From the NCBI RefSeq assembly GCF_900199515.1, contig NZ_LT963434.1, positions 423,272 through 455,271 of the forward strand: a stretch of 32,000 bases of DNA, written 5' to 3'. Made by a program: the position numbers and the translations under genes. Each line of letters starts with the position of its first letter. Position 1 is the stretch's first letter. This stretch comes from Massilicoli timonensis (GTDB lineage Bacteria > Bacillota_I > Bacilli_A > Erysipelotrichales > Erysipelotrichaceae). Under the pieces are notes generated by a model. It searched no databases, was not told the DNA's origin, and worked only from the letters and a program-made list of their open reading frames with translations. Of the stretch, positions 1 to 8,850 are shown one piece after another.

Positions 1-489
1 ATAGTCGATGATATATTCACCGGTATAAACGATATAGCCCTGATCGCTTTTGATCGCAATACCGAAATTGTCCGGCATCGCATGCGTCATGGCAAAGGTG
101 CGCACTTCCACACCGCCGATATTCTGCTTGCTGGTGCGTTTGATCTTTTTGATCTTAAACTTCGATACGCCTTCCTTTTTCAAATAATCATACAGAAAAT
201 TCGCCGTCAAGGCACCGGTATATACCGGTACGTTTATCTCCTGCAATAAAAACGGCAAAGCCGCAACGACATCATCATGTCCATGCGTGATGAAAATACC
301 TTGTACCCGTTCTTTATTTTCAATTAAATAAGTAAAATCCGGAATGACAAACTCCACGCCCAGCTGCTCTGAATCAGGATATTTGATTCCCGCCTCTATT
401 ACAAAAATCGCTTCGTTCACTTCTACTACGAATAGATTTTTACCGTTTTCATCTAAACCGCCGAGTGCAAATATTGATACTCGATCCAT
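1..489 (-). CDS. rnj: Ribonuclease J, N-terminal 163 codons (gene runs off the left edge of the window)
   Basis: Hand translation of the minus strand from ATG at 489 gives MDRVSIFALGGLDENGKNLFVVEVNEAIFVIEAGIKYPD...GIFITHGHDDVVAALPFLL. It has a metallo-beta-lactamase HxHxD-type motif and is collinear with the Bacillus RNase J1 N-terminus. A GGAGG RBS lies upstream. It is absent from the ORF track because the window edge truncates it. Confidence 0.85.
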   Translation of the reverse strand, partial: MDRVSIFALGGLDENGKNLFVVEVNEAIFVIEAGIKYPDSEQLGVEFVIPDFTYLIENKERVQGIFITHGHDDVVAALPFLLQEINVPVYTGALTANFLYDYLKKEGVSKFKIKKIKRTSKQNIGGVEVRTFAMTHAMPDNFGIAIKSDQGYIVYTGEYIIDY

Positions 490-559
490 AAATCTCCTCC
501 TTTTTTCTTTTCTATTATTGATGAATCTTCATTCGATAAAGCCATTCACACTACATTAA

Positions 560-568
560 ATTATACCA
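560..568 (-). promoter_or_regulatory. Candidate extended -10 promoter element for rnj
   Basis: The minus strand reads TGgTATAAT about 70 nt upstream of the rnj ATG. There is no convincing -35. Confidence 0.35.
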
Positions 569-618
569 CGATTTATAAGCTGTGAATACACTTACCCTCG
601 CAATTTTTCATAAAATGT

Positions 619-640
619 AAAAAAGTGCAGCTGCACTTTT
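619..640 (-). terminator. Intrinsic terminator downstream of miaB
   Basis: Perfect palindrome AAAAGTGCAGCTGCACTTTT directly after the miaB stop, followed by a T-run on the minus strand. Confidence 0.6.
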
Positions 641-2075
641 ATACTTGTTTTCCATCAAGCGACCACGTCTTGACATCGGTGATCTCGACCTCGACAAAAT
701 CACCGGCTTTGACATCTTTGCCGATGAAATTCACCAGTTTGTTCGTGTCCGTATGACCGCTGTAAACCTGATCGTTTTTCTTGCTGAAACCATCTACCAG
801 CACCGTTACGATCTTGCCGCGATACTTCTCATTCTGCATATGTGTATAATAATTCGTCTTTTCATTTAAGCGCTGTAAACGCTCTTGCTTGACGGCAAGC
901 GGTACATTGTCCGCCATTTTGGCAGCAGGGGTGCCTTCCCGCGGCGAATAAATAAAGGTAAAGGCATTGTCAAACTTGCAATAGTCCACGATGTCCAGCG
1001 TATGCTGAAACTGCGCTTCGCTCTCATTGGGAAAGCCGACGATGATGTCGGTGGAAAAGGCGCAGTTTTTAATGTTTGATGTGATCTTGTCATACAGTCT
1101 TTTGTATTCTTCGATCGTATAGCGCCGTCCCATGAGCTTTAAGATGTCGCTGTCGCCGGACTGCACCGGCAGATGGATAAAAGGCATGATATTGTCATAG
1201 CGGGCGATGACATCGATCATTTCATCGGTAAAATCCCATGGATGACTGGTCATAAAGCGAACGCGCGCAATGCCGATCTGCGCCACTTCCGCAAGCAGTT
1301 TCGCAAAACCGCCCGCCAGTCCTAAATCTTTGCCATAAGCATTGACGTTTTGCCCCAGCAGCGTAATTTCATGAAAGCCCTGCGCCTTTAGGGTCCTTAC
1401 TTCCTCTAAAATATCCTCCATCATGCGCGAGCGTTCTTTTCCTCTTGTATAAGGGACGATACAATAAGTACAGAATTTATCACAGCCGTACATGATATTG
1501 ACCCATGCCTTATGTGAATCAAAACGGATGACCGGCAGATTTTCGATCACTTCGCCTTCTTTGGAATATACCTCGATCACTTTTTTATGCGTCGTCATCA
1601 CCTGATAGAGCAAGATCGGCAGACGATGCAGATTATGGGTTCCAAAGATCAGCTCCACATGACGATAATGCGTCAACAGGGTATCGATGATCGCTTCTTC
1701 CTGCGACATACAGCCGCAGATACCGATGACCAGATCAGGATTCTCTTTTTTCAGGCGCTTGAGCTGTCCCAGTTCGCCAAGCACCTTGTCTTCGGCGTTT
1801 TTGCGGATCGCACAGGTATTCAATAAAATGACATCGGCTTGTTCAGCATCCTCACACGGCGTAAAGCAAAGCGCCTCCATGATGCCGGCAAGCGTTTCGC
1901 TGTCGCGCTGATTTGCCTGACAGCCATAGGTGCGCAGATAGTAGCGTTTGCCCTGCCCCAGTAGTTTGGCCTCCGTCGGGATCTCAAACAAACCTTTTTC
2001 GATCTGACTTTGTTTATGTGTCCGTACTTGGGCTTCCTTTAAGGACGGAAGCGCCCAACCCGGTTGTTTCTTCAT
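639..2075 (-). CDS. miaB: tRNA-i6A37 methylthiotransferase MiaB (radical SAM)
   Basis: Track ORF 639-2096. It has UPF0004 N-terminal cysteines (YGCQAN...NTCAIR...GCM), the radical-SAM CxxxCxxC motif (GCDKFCTYC) and a C-terminal TRAM domain. I place the start at the internal ATG (MKKQPGW) because GAGGTGA lies 5 nt upstream. Confidence 0.93.
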   Translation of the reverse strand: MKKQPGWALPSLKEAQVRTHKQSQIEKGLFEIPTEAKLLGQGKRYYLRTYGCQANQRDSETLAGIMEALCFTPCEDAEQADVILLNTCAIRKNAEDKVLGELGQLKRLKKENPDLVIGICGCMSQEEAIIDTLLTHYRHVELIFGTHNLHRLPILLYQVMTTHKKVIEVYSKEGEVIENLPVIRFDSHKAWVNIMYGCDKFCTYCIVPYTRGKERSRMMEDILEEVRTLKAQGFHEITLLGQNVNAYGKDLGLAGGFAKLLAEVAQIGIARVRFMTSHPWDFTDEMIDVIARYDNIMPFIHLPVQSGDSDILKLMGRRYTIEEYKRLYDKITSNIKNCAFSTDIIVGFPNESEAQFQHTLDIVDYCKFDNAFTFIYSPREGTPAAKMADNVPLAVKQERLQRLNEKTNYYTHMQNEKYRGKIVTVLVDGFSKKNDQVYSGHTDTNKLVNFIGKDVKAGDFVEVEITDVKTWSLDGKQV

Positions 2076-2103
2076 ATGCTTCACCTCATTTATCACTTGT
2101 GAT

Positions 2104-2132
2104 ATTGTATCTTATTCGCATAGTGAAGTCAA
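2104..2132 (-). promoter_or_regulatory. Sigma-A type promoter for miaB
   Basis: The minus strand reads TTGACT-17 nt-TACAAT, about 30 nt upstream of the miaB start. Confidence 0.55.
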
Positions 2133-2180
2133 ATACAATCATTTACGAAAAAACGTCTTTCTATCCTTCTTGTAAAAAAT

Positions 2181-2207
2181 AAAAAAACCGGCAGCACCGG
2201 CTTTTTT
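2181..2207 (-). terminator. Weak intrinsic terminator after the ferredoxin gene
   Basis: The minus strand reads AAAAAAGCCGGTGCTGCCGGTTTTTTT. This is a short CCGG/CCGG stem flanked by an A-run and a T7 run. Confidence 0.4.
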
Positions 2208-2221
2208 ACTGTCTTTTACAA

Positions 2222-2395
2222 TTACTGTGAAATTGCACTTACCGGACAAGTGGAAACGCAAGCACCGCAGTCGATGCATGTTCCTTCGTCACAAACTGAT
2301 TTTCCTTCGTCGTCCATCGAAAGTGCACCTACCGGACATCCGCCTACGCAAGCACCGCAACCGATGCAAGCATCCTTATCGATCGTAACTGCCAT
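2222..2395 (-). CDS. fdx: 2x[4Fe-4S] ferredoxin, 57 aa (below the ORF-track size cutoff)
   Basis: Hand translation gives MAVTIDKDACIGCGACVGGCPVGALSMDDEGKSVCDEGTCIDCGACVSTCPVSAISQ*. It has two canonical CxxCxxCxxxCP motifs, and AGGAGG lies 7 nt upstream of the ATG. The 96-aa plus-strand track ORF 2250-2540 is its antisense shadow. Confidence 0.85.
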   Translation of the reverse strand: MAVTIDKDACIGCGACVGGCPVGALSMDDEGKSVCDEGTCIDCGACVSTCPVSAISQ

Positions 2396-2424
2396 GATTC
2401 AAATCCTCCTTTTCAATCTTCTAC

Positions 2425-2452
2425 ATTATATCACATTACGCAAATTCCGCAA
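2425..2452 (-). promoter_or_regulatory. Candidate sigma-A promoter for the ferredoxin gene
   Basis: The minus strand reads TTGCGG-16 nt-TGaTATAAT (extended -10). Confidence 0.45.
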
Positions 2453-2500
2453 CCTAGAACCAATAAAATGTAAAAATCAAAGTTTGCTTTTCAGATCGCT

Positions 2501-3271
2501 CTATGGCCGAATCTGGATGCGTTCGATCGCCGTTGCCTGATTGCTTTCTTCATCAATGGTAACGATTGCCCCACAGAAAATGCCTGCTCCTTCTGCAATC
2601 GTATAGCGCGTTTTTTTACCGTGAACAAAGCGTGCCAATATTTCCTCTACATCACGCCCCAAAACACTTCGATAAGCGCCGCACATGCCCAGATCACTGA
2701 TTGCCGCCGTTCCCTCGATCACCCGTTCATCAGCGGTCTGCACATGCGTGTGCGTTCCCACCACAGCCGCCACCTCACCGGCAAATGCATAGGCAAAGGC
2801 GATCTTTTCACTGGTCGCTTCTCCATGAAAATCCACCAGATGAATGTCGGCGTCCACCGTATCTAATATTTCCCGCATGCAGGCGAAAGGCGATGCGATC
2901 ACACCGTTCATAAACACCTCGCCGCAAACATTGCTGACGGCGATCTTTTTCCCTTTCAGCGTTAAGACACGGGTCGCTTTGCCATAGCGGCGCGGTTCTA
3001 AATTAGCGGGTCTTACCAAATGATCGGCACTGTCGATAAAAGTAAGCAGATCGTTTTTCGCAAACGTATGATTGCCCATGGTGATCATGTCGATTCCCAT
3101 ATTGACAAGCTGACGGTAGATTTTGGCAGTAATGCCTTTGCCGTGCGCCGCATTTTCACCATTGGCGATTACCAGATCTAATTCGTATCGTTCCTTTAAG
3201 AAAGGAAGGTGGGTCCGCACCACTTCACGTCCCACACTTCCTACGATATCACCTATGAATAATATTTTCAT
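2501..3271 (-). CDS. ymdB: YmdB-family metallophosphoesterase (2',3'-cyclic-nucleotide phosphodiesterase)
   Basis: It starts MKILFIGDIVGSVGR and contains GENAAHGKGIT and GNHTF calcineurin-like motifs. It lies immediately downstream of rny, as in Bacillus. Confidence 0.85.
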   Translation of the reverse strand: MKILFIGDIVGSVGREVVRTHLPFLKERYELDLVIANGENAAHGKGITAKIYRQLVNMGIDMITMGNHTFAKNDLLTFIDSADHLVRPANLEPRRYGKATRVLTLKGKKIAVSNVCGEVFMNGVIASPFACMREILDTVDADIHLVDFHGEATSEKIAFAYAFAGEVAAVVGTHTHVQTADERVIEGTAAISDLGMCGAYRSVLGRDVEEILARFVHGKKTRYTIAEGAGIFCGAIVTIDEESNQATAIERIQIRP

Positions 3272-3278
3272 GATCGTG

Positions 3279-4835
3279 CTACTTCGCCAGTTCGTTCGCT
3301 CTCACTTCACGGATGACCGTTACCTTGATCTGTCCCGGATAGGTTAATTCCGCTTCGATCTTGTCACGAATATCTCTTGCCAGCTTATGGCAAGCCAGAT
3401 CATCTAATTTTTCCGGCACCGCCATGACCCGCACTTCTCTGCCGGCCTGGATCGCATAAGCGCTTTCCACTCCGTCAAACTGTTTGGTGATGTTTTCCAG
3501 TTCCTCCAAACGGTTGATGTAGTTTTGAAGCGACTCATAACGCGCTCCCGGACGCGCCGCGGACAGCGTATCGGCCGCAATGACCAGATTGGCGATCAGA
3601 CTGGTCGGCTCCACTTCACCGTGATGCGCCTGGATCGCGTTTAAGATCACATCTTTCTCACCGTGCTTCTTACAGAATTTATAGCCCAGCTCCACATGAC
3701 TGCCTTCGATCTCGAAATCCAGCGCCTTCCCAATATCATGAAGCAGGCCGGCACGTTTTGCTAGTTGCTGATTTAAGCCTAATTCCGCCGCCATCATGCC
3801 GCAAAGATGCGCAACCTCCATGCTGTGCTGTAAAGCGTTTTGTCCATAAGAGAAACGATATTTCAACCGCCCGATCAATTTGATCGTTTCCCGATCCATC
3901 TTGCCAAGCCCCAACTTAAAGATCGTATCTTCTCCGACCTTCATAATGTTGTTGTTGATTTCTTTTTTCATCTTATTTACAACTTCTTCGATCCGTCCCG
4001 GCTGGATCCTGCCGTCTTTGATCAAATGTTCCAATGCCAGACGCGCGATCTCTCTGCGAATCGGATCAAAGCAGGAAACGGTAATGGTCTCCGGTGTATC
4101 GTCGATGATCAAATCAACGCCGGTCGCCTGTTCGATCGCTTTGATATTACGCCCTTCTCTGCCGATGATGCGCCCCTTCATTTCTTCGCTCGGCAGCGAT
4201 ACGACCGATACCGTGCGTTCTACCGCTTCATCCTGCGACAATCGCTGAATGGAAAGAGCGACGATATTACGCGCTTTCTCATCTGCGATCGCTTTTGCTT
4301 CTTCTTCTTTCTCTTTGATATAAGCGACCGTTTCTTTTTCCATGCGTTTTTCCACGATCGCAAATAATTCTTCCTTTGCCTGCGCACTGCTCATAGCGGC
4401 AATGCGTTCCAATTCATCGACCTGTACGTCGATCTTTGCCTGTAATTCTTTCTCTTTTACATCCAGTTTTGCCAATTTGTCAGATAATTGTGCGGATTTT
4501 GCTTCCAGCTGCTTCTCTTTAGAAGTCAGCGTTTCATCACGAAAATTCAGATTATCTTCACGGCGCAGCAGTTTGTTTTCCATTTCTGCCACTTCCGCTT
4601 TCCGATCTTTCACTTCTTTTTCAGCCTGAATTTTAATTTCATGCGCCTGCGTGCGTCCATCCAGCACCGCCTGCTTTACCAGATTGTCAGCCTTGGCCTG
4701 CGCTTCTTTTACGACTAGCGCCGCTTTCTGCTGATTCTTATTCAAACCTGCGCGGGACATGACCACACATGCGCCAATCCCTACCAGAAGTCCTGCTAAA
4801 CCAGATGACAAGAGAAGAATGATACTGTTATCCAT
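3279..4835 (-). CDS. rny: Ribonuclease Y
   Basis: It has an N-terminal TM helix, a long coiled-coil, a KH domain (GRIIGREGRNI) and an HD domain (LLHDIGKA). Confidence 0.95.
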   Translation of the reverse strand: MDNSIILLLSSGLAGLLVGIGACVVMSRAGLNKNQQKAALVVKEAQAKADNLVKQAVLDGRTQAHEIKIQAEKEVKDRKAEVAEMENKLLRREDNLNFRDETLTSKEKQLEAKSAQLSDKLAKLDVKEKELQAKIDVQVDELERIAAMSSAQAKEELFAIVEKRMEKETVAYIKEKEEEAKAIADEKARNIVALSIQRLSQDEAVERTVSVVSLPSEEMKGRIIGREGRNIKAIEQATGVDLIIDDTPETITVSCFDPIRREIARLALEHLIKDGRIQPGRIEEVVNKMKKEINNNIMKVGEDTIFKLGLGKMDRETIKLIGRLKYRFSYGQNALQHSMEVAHLCGMMAAELGLNQQLAKRAGLLHDIGKALDFEIEGSHVELGYKFCKKHGEKDVILNAIQAHHGEVEPTSLIANLVIAADTLSAARPGARYESLQNYINRLEELENITKQFDGVESAYAIQAGREVRVMAVPEKLDDLACHKLARDIRDKIEAELTYPGQIKVTVIREVRANELAK

Positions 4836-4887
4836 ACTATCACTCCATTTCTTTCATCTTCTGTTTCGGAGATATGCTCCGAGCAAT

Positions 4888-4916
4888 ATTATATAAGATT
4901 TTCACATAATCCACAA
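4888..4916 (-). promoter_or_regulatory. Candidate sigma-A promoter for rny
   Basis: The minus strand reads TTGTGG-17 nt-TATAAT, about 55 nt upstream of the rny ATG. Confidence 0.4.
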
Positions 4917-4948
4917 GTTAAAAGGTACGGTTTTTGCATAAAATTAAA

Positions 4949-4978
4949 GCGTTTTCGCTCAAAAATGAACAAAAACGC
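4949..4978 (-). terminator. Second hairpin in the recA-rny spacer (possible backup terminator or leader element)
   Basis: GCGTTTT-16 nt-AAAACGC inverted repeat, followed on the minus strand by TTTAATTTT. Confidence 0.3.
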
Positions 4979-5034
4979 CCTTTCTTTATTTACATCATTT
5001 TACTGGGAATATGATTTGCTTCATCAAGATCGAT

Positions 5035-5064
5035 AAAAAAACGATGAAGCGAGGTCCATCGTTT
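5035..5064 (-). terminator. Intrinsic terminator downstream of recA
   Basis: The minus strand reads AAACGATG-10 nt loop-CATCGTTT followed by TTTT, about 25 nt after the recA stop. Confidence 0.7.
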
Positions 5065-5088
5065 CTAAATCCACTCAGATAAAAGCGT

Positions 5089-6147
5089 TTAAGCTTTGTC
5101 GCTCATTTCCACAGCGTCTTTATGCGGATTGATCGCGGCACGTACTTTGGCAGCTACCTCCTCGCAAACTTCCGGATGCTCTTTCAAATAGTTTTTCGCC
5201 GCCTCACGGCCCTGCCCGATCTTTTCGCCCTCATAAGAGAACCATGCGCCGCTTTTCGCGATGATATCGTGATCTACCGCCAGATCCAATACTTCTCCGA
5301 TATAAGATACACCTTCTCCATACATGATCTCGATCGAAGCCACTTTGAAAGGCGGTGCAACCTTGTTTTTGACCACTTTGACATTGACTTTATTGCCGAT
5401 CACATCGGTGCCGTTTTTGATCGCTTCGCTGCGGCGAATATCCAAGCGCACCGATGCATAGAACTTCAGCGCTCTGCCGCCCGGCGTCGTTTCCGGATTA
5501 CCGAACATAATGCCGACTTTTTCGCGCAGCTGGTTGATAAAGATCGCCGTACATTCGCTCTTGTTCATCAAGCCGCTGAGCTTGCGCATCGCTTTTGACA
5601 TCAAGCGCGCCTGTAAACCCACATGCGCATCGCCCATCTCACCGTCTAATTCCGCCTGCGGCACCAGCGCCGCTACCGAATCGACGACCACCAGATCGAT
5701 CGCACCGCTCTTGATCAGCATTTCGGTAATTTCCAACGCCTGTTCACCACTGTCGGGCTGCGATAAGATCAGTTCATCGATATTGACGCCGAGGTTGCGG
5801 GCATAGATCGGATCGATCGCATTTTCCGCATCAATGAATGCGGCCCTGCCTCCGCTTTTCTGCACTTCGGCGATCGCATGCAGCGCCAATGTCGTCTTAC
5901 CGCTTGATTCCGGACCGTAAATCTCAATGATACGCCCTCTTGGATAACCGCCGATCCCTAACGCCTCATCGACTTTGATCGAACCGGAAGAAATCGCATC
6001 TACTTCCACTGCGCTGCGCTCTCCCAATTTCATGATCGAACCTTTTCCATATTGTTTCTCGATCTGCTTGATCGCATCTGCCAACAGCTGATCTTTCTTT
6101 TCCTGTTCCTTATCAATCGTTTTCTTCACTTTTTCCTCGGTTGCCAT
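5089..6147 (-). CDS. recA: Recombinase RecA
   Basis: It has a Walker A motif (GPESSGKTT) and full-length collinearity with bacterial RecA ([12 protein letters not shown]..., [22 protein letters not shown]). Confidence 0.97.
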   Translation of the reverse strand: MATEEKVKKTIDKEQEKKDQLLADAIKQIEKQYGKGSIMKLGERSAVEVDAISSGSIKVDEALGIGGYPRGRIIEIYGPESSGKTTLALHAIAEVQKSGGRAAFIDAENAIDPIYARNLGVNIDELILSQPDSGEQALEITEMLIKSGAIDLVVVDSVAALVPQAELDGEMGDAHVGLQARLMSKAMRKLSGLMNKSECTAIFINQLREKVGIMFGNPETTPGGRALKFYASVRLDIRRSEAIKNGTDVIGNKVNVKVVKNKVAPPFKVASIEIMYGEGVSYIGEVLDLAVDHDIIAKSGAWFSYEGEKIGQGREAAKNYLKEHPEVCEEVAAKVRAAINPHKDAVEMSDKA

Positions 6148-6196
6148 AACTTATCTCTCCTTCCTTTTTCTACTTGCGCTTCTTTCTGTATTTCTC

Positions 6197-6679
6197 CTAA
6201 GCAGCTCGCTTGATCAGTTTCAGCAGTTCCTCACAGCCGATGCAAACACACTGCTCCCTGATCGCATTGCGGCTGCCTTTCAGCTGTAATTCATAAGCAA
6301 AGCATTCCTCATGCAAAGCGATGCCCATATACACACAGCCCACCGGTTTGCCCTCTAAGCAATCCGGTCCGGCATTGCCGCTGAACGAGATGCCGATCTC
6401 ACATCGAAAGCGCTCCTTGACCGCTTTGGCCATCGCCTTCACACAGGCACTTGATACGACGCCGTGCTGCTTGATCAACGCTGCGGGAACGCCGACGATT
6501 TGTTCCTTCACTTCATTTTGGTAAGCGATGATGCCGCCTTTTAATACCTGTGATGCATGTGCGATCGAAGCGACATGCGCCGCAAACAGACCGGCTGTCA
6601 AGCTCTCACAGGTGGCAATATGCAAATTGCTTCGGCGCAGCGCCGCTACCAGTTCCATCATCTTTTCATTTATTTCCAT
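6197..6679 (-). CDS. CinA C-terminal domain protein / nicotinamide-nucleotide amidohydrolase PncC-like
   Basis: It contains ATCESLTAGL and NAGPD motifs of the CinA_C family and has no N-terminal MoCF domain. I place the start at the internal ATG (MEINEK), which has a GAGGA RBS. The pgsA-cinA-recA order is the same as in Bacillus and Streptococcus. Confidence 0.8.
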   Translation of the reverse strand: MEINEKMMELVAALRRSNLHIATCESLTAGLFAAHVASIAHASQVLKGGIIAYQNEVKEQIVGVPAALIKQHGVVSSACVKAMAKAVKERFRCEIGISFSGNAGPDCLEGKPVGCVYMGIALHEECFAYELQLKGSRNAIREQCVCIGCEELLKLIKRAA

Positions 6680-6755
6680 ATTCTTGTCCTCTATATACAG
6701 GAAAGAAGCATATGCATCGTGGAAACCGGCACATATGCCCATCTTGTTCACTTTT

Positions 6756-7349
6756 TTATTTACTTGCTAAGATCAGATCCTTCAACTGTGTAAAATAACT
6801 ATATCCGGATAAGACGCTGACGATCGTTGCCAGCCACAATAGAAAGGAAGTAACCGGCAATCGCATCAGTTCAAAAGGCAGATTGTTTAATAAGACAAAT
6901 ACGATCGTAACCATTTGCAGGACCGTCTTGACCTTGCCCAGATAGCCGGCTGCCACCACGCGTTTTTGCGCCGCCGCATTCATCCGCAGACCATCGACAA
7001 CGGTATCGCGCGCAACCATGATGATAACAGGGACGATCGGAACGACTCCTTTCGCCGCAAACAGGATGAACATCGTATTGACGAGCAACTTGTCGGCGAT
7101 CGGATCCAAAAATTTTCCCAGCGAAGTGATCAGATCATGCTTACGAGCCAAATAACCGTCTAAAAAATCAGTAAAACTGGCAACGGCAAACACTGCCAGC
7201 ACCAACAGATTGACCAGGCTCAAATCGACAAAGCCGATCTGAAATTCCGGCATGGCAATATGAAAATGCGCATAGGGAAACAAATACAGCAGCGCCGCGA
7301 CCGGCACCAATAAAATACGAAACAGCGAGAGCTTATTTGGTAAGTTCAT
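6756..7349 (-). CDS. pgsA: CDP-diacylglycerol--glycerol-3-phosphate 3-phosphatidyltransferase
   Basis: It has the CDP-alcohol phosphotransferase motif DGxxARxxxxxxxxGxxxDxxxD (DGYLARKHDLITSLGKFLDPIADK) and multiple TM helices. Confidence 0.9.
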   Translation of the reverse strand: MNLPNKLSLFRILLVPVAALLYLFPYAHFHIAMPEFQIGFVDLSLVNLLVLAVFAVASFTDFLDGYLARKHDLITSLGKFLDPIADKLLVNTMFILFAAKGVVPIVPVIIMVARDTVVDGLRMNAAAQKRVVAAGYLGKVKTVLQMVTIVFVLLNNLPFELMRLPVTSFLLWLATIVSVLSGYSYFTQLKDLILASK

Positions 7350-7352
7350 CGT

Positions 7353-8264
7353 CTATTCCCCCTTGATCGTCAAGGTGATATTCTGCGGACCCTTGCTTGC
7401 TAAGATCGTTTCATCCAACTCCACCTTAACTCCGTTTACACTGATCTCATGTGCGCCTGCCCAGTTGCCGAAGCGCATCGTATAAGCATCGTTAGCCGAA
7501 GCGACGATCTTGAAAGCAGCGCTTTCCTGCGTCGTATATACTTTACTTTGCGGTTCGCTCATGACCGTCGCGTTTTTACTGAGCTGGAACCATGCCTCGG
7601 AAAGGAACACGATTTTGATTTCCAGTTCCTCCTGATCTTGGACATTTTCGATCACATAGTGATTCGCGTCTGTTTTGGAAATTGCCAGTTTGCTTGTTTC
7701 CTCTTCTTCCTTCGGTTCTTCTTTTTGATCGACGATCGGCGTATCTGCCTGCTCCTGCTTTGGCGCGGGATTTGGATCATCATCGCTCAATCCCGGCAGG
7801 ACATACACGAAAAAGGCATACACCAGACCGATCGCGATGACAGCGATCACGGCGAACAGCGAAACCAGGGAAAGATCCCAGCGCTTCTTTTCAAGCAGGC
7901 TCGGCTTTTGACGCTTTGGCCGTTGTTTCTGCGCTCTTGGCTTTTCGATCTGCTTGGCCTTTGATTCAATGTTTTTTTCGATCTGTTCCTGCTCCTCCAG
8001 CTTTTTTTTGGAAAATGCCGTGGTATAGCTGTCGATCGTTTCGTGAAGCAATGGCTTTGCTTCTTCAAAATCAAAACCGACGGCATCACAATAAGAGCGC
8101 AGGAAAAAGCGAAGATAGGACAGATCATCCTTGAAAAACTCCATATCTCCTTCTTCCAGCGCTTTGATATGCTTTGTAGTGAGTCTGGTCTTTTCCGATA
8201 CTTCTTCAATTGTGAGTCCCGTTTCCAGACGTTTTGCCTTCAAACGATTGCTTAATTTTTCCAT
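7353..8264 (-). CDS. rodZ: RodZ-like cytoskeleton protein (XRE-type HTH, one TM helix, C-terminal DUF4115-like domain)
   Basis: It has an N-terminal HTH (LKAKRLETGLTIEEVSEKTRLTTKHIKALEEG), a basic linker, a TM helix and a beta-rich C-terminus. Its position upstream of pgsA matches ymfM/rodZ in Bacillus. Confidence 0.7.
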   Translation of the reverse strand: MEKLSNRLKAKRLETGLTIEEVSEKTRLTTKHIKALEEGDMEFFKDDLSYLRFFLRSYCDAVGFDFEEAKPLLHETIDSYTTAFSKKKLEEQEQIEKNIESKAKQIEKPRAQKQRPKRQKPSLLEKKRWDLSLVSLFAVIAVIAIGLVYAFFVYVLPGLSDDDPNPAPKQEQADTPIVDQKEEPKEEEETSKLAISKTDANHYVIENVQDQEELEIKIVFLSEAWFQLSKNATVMSEPQSKVYTTQESAAFKIVASANDAYTMRFGNWAGAHEISVNGVKVELDETILASKGPQNITLTIKGE

Positions 8265-8352
8265 CTTTTATCTACCTCGAACTCATAATCATAACTATTA
8301 TAACAATATATCGCTTAAAAGTCATGGTATTTATTGAGTTTTTTCAATTTTA

Positions 8353-8372
8353 CACACTTTCACACACTTTCA
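8353..8372. repeat. Perfect tandem decamer CACACTTTCA x2 in the rodZ upstream spacer
   Basis: Read directly from the sequence. A third ACTTTCA core lies at about 8382-8388. Confidence 0.8.
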
Positions 8373-8451
8373 AAAATCATTACTTTCAAACGTGTTGGAA
8401 AGACTACTCTTATTGTATCGCCATCTGCTTCCTTTTATCACACAATTCCCG

Positions 8452-8477
8452 AAAAAAAAGGATCACTTTCATGATCC
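8452..8477 (-). terminator. Intrinsic terminator immediately after rnpB
   Basis: The minus strand reads GGATCA-tgaaag-TGATCC followed by T8. Confidence 0.75.
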
Positions 8478-8479
8478 CT

Positions 8480-8850
8480 CCTCTTTGCATACTATGTAAG
8501 CCATGTTCTGTTCTTCGCTATACGCGAAGCGGCAACCATTTATCTACGTTTGCACGTCCTCCCTTCGCTTCATGATTCGCTGATCGGGAAGCTCCCCTAC
8601 CATTTTATATTTGGGTTTCTCGCTTGCGGGGTTTACCCGTTCCACTCCGATCGTTTCCGACCGGCATCGTCACTGTGGCACTTTTACAGGCTTGCTTCCG
8701 TTGTTTCCATTAGGAAGCAGGCACAGCCGTCAGCTTACGCTGCCCGGATTTATCGTTTCATCCGGCACAAACACTACGATCATCGCAGATCGTGCGAGCA
8801 TGGACTTTCCTCTGCTTTTCAAACAGCGATTGCCCTAGTGATGCAAAGCT
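8480..8850 (-). ncRNA. rnpB: RNase P RNA, Bacillus-type (type B)
   Basis: The minus strand contains GAGGAAAGTCCATGCTCGCACG, AAAGTGCCACAGTGACG, GGAGTGGAACGGGTAAACCCCGCAAGCGAGAAACCCAA and CAGAACATGGCTTACA, in the same order as B. subtilis rnpB. P1 pairs CTTTGCAT(C)ACTA with TAGTATGCAAAG. Track ORFs 8234-8575, 8550-8888 and 8611-8838 are artefacts of this RNA gene. The ends are approximate to about 5 nt. Confidence 0.9.

Noticed and set aside
2250-2540. 96-aa plus-strand ORF with a Pro/Gln/Ser-rich sequence
   Set aside because: The opposite strand encodes a canonical 2x[4Fe-4S] ferredoxin with an RBS. The plus-strand ORF starts at GTG without an RBS and is its mirror artefact.
3840-4367. Antisense ORFs of 146-175 aa opposite rny, recA (5122-5598), rodZ (7449-7964), ponA (12106-12588), nth (12646-13146), nadD-yqeK (17327-17743), the lipoprotein gene (21826-22278) and pyrD/pyrK (31427-31867)
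   Set aside because: Each is fully nested opposite a strongly supported gene, lacks an RBS and has a skewed composition. They are treated as shadow ORFs.
6680-6751. N-terminal extensions in the ORF track: cinA (24 aa), miaB (7), gpsB (31), tseB-like (16), yhbY (16), yqeG (7), DUF308 (11), lipoprotein 27216 (20), pyrE (47), pyrF (15), recU (3)
   Set aside because: In every case an internal ATG has a proper GGAGG-type RBS. That start also matches the conserved family N-terminus or abuts the upstream stop codon, so the longer versions are track artefacts.
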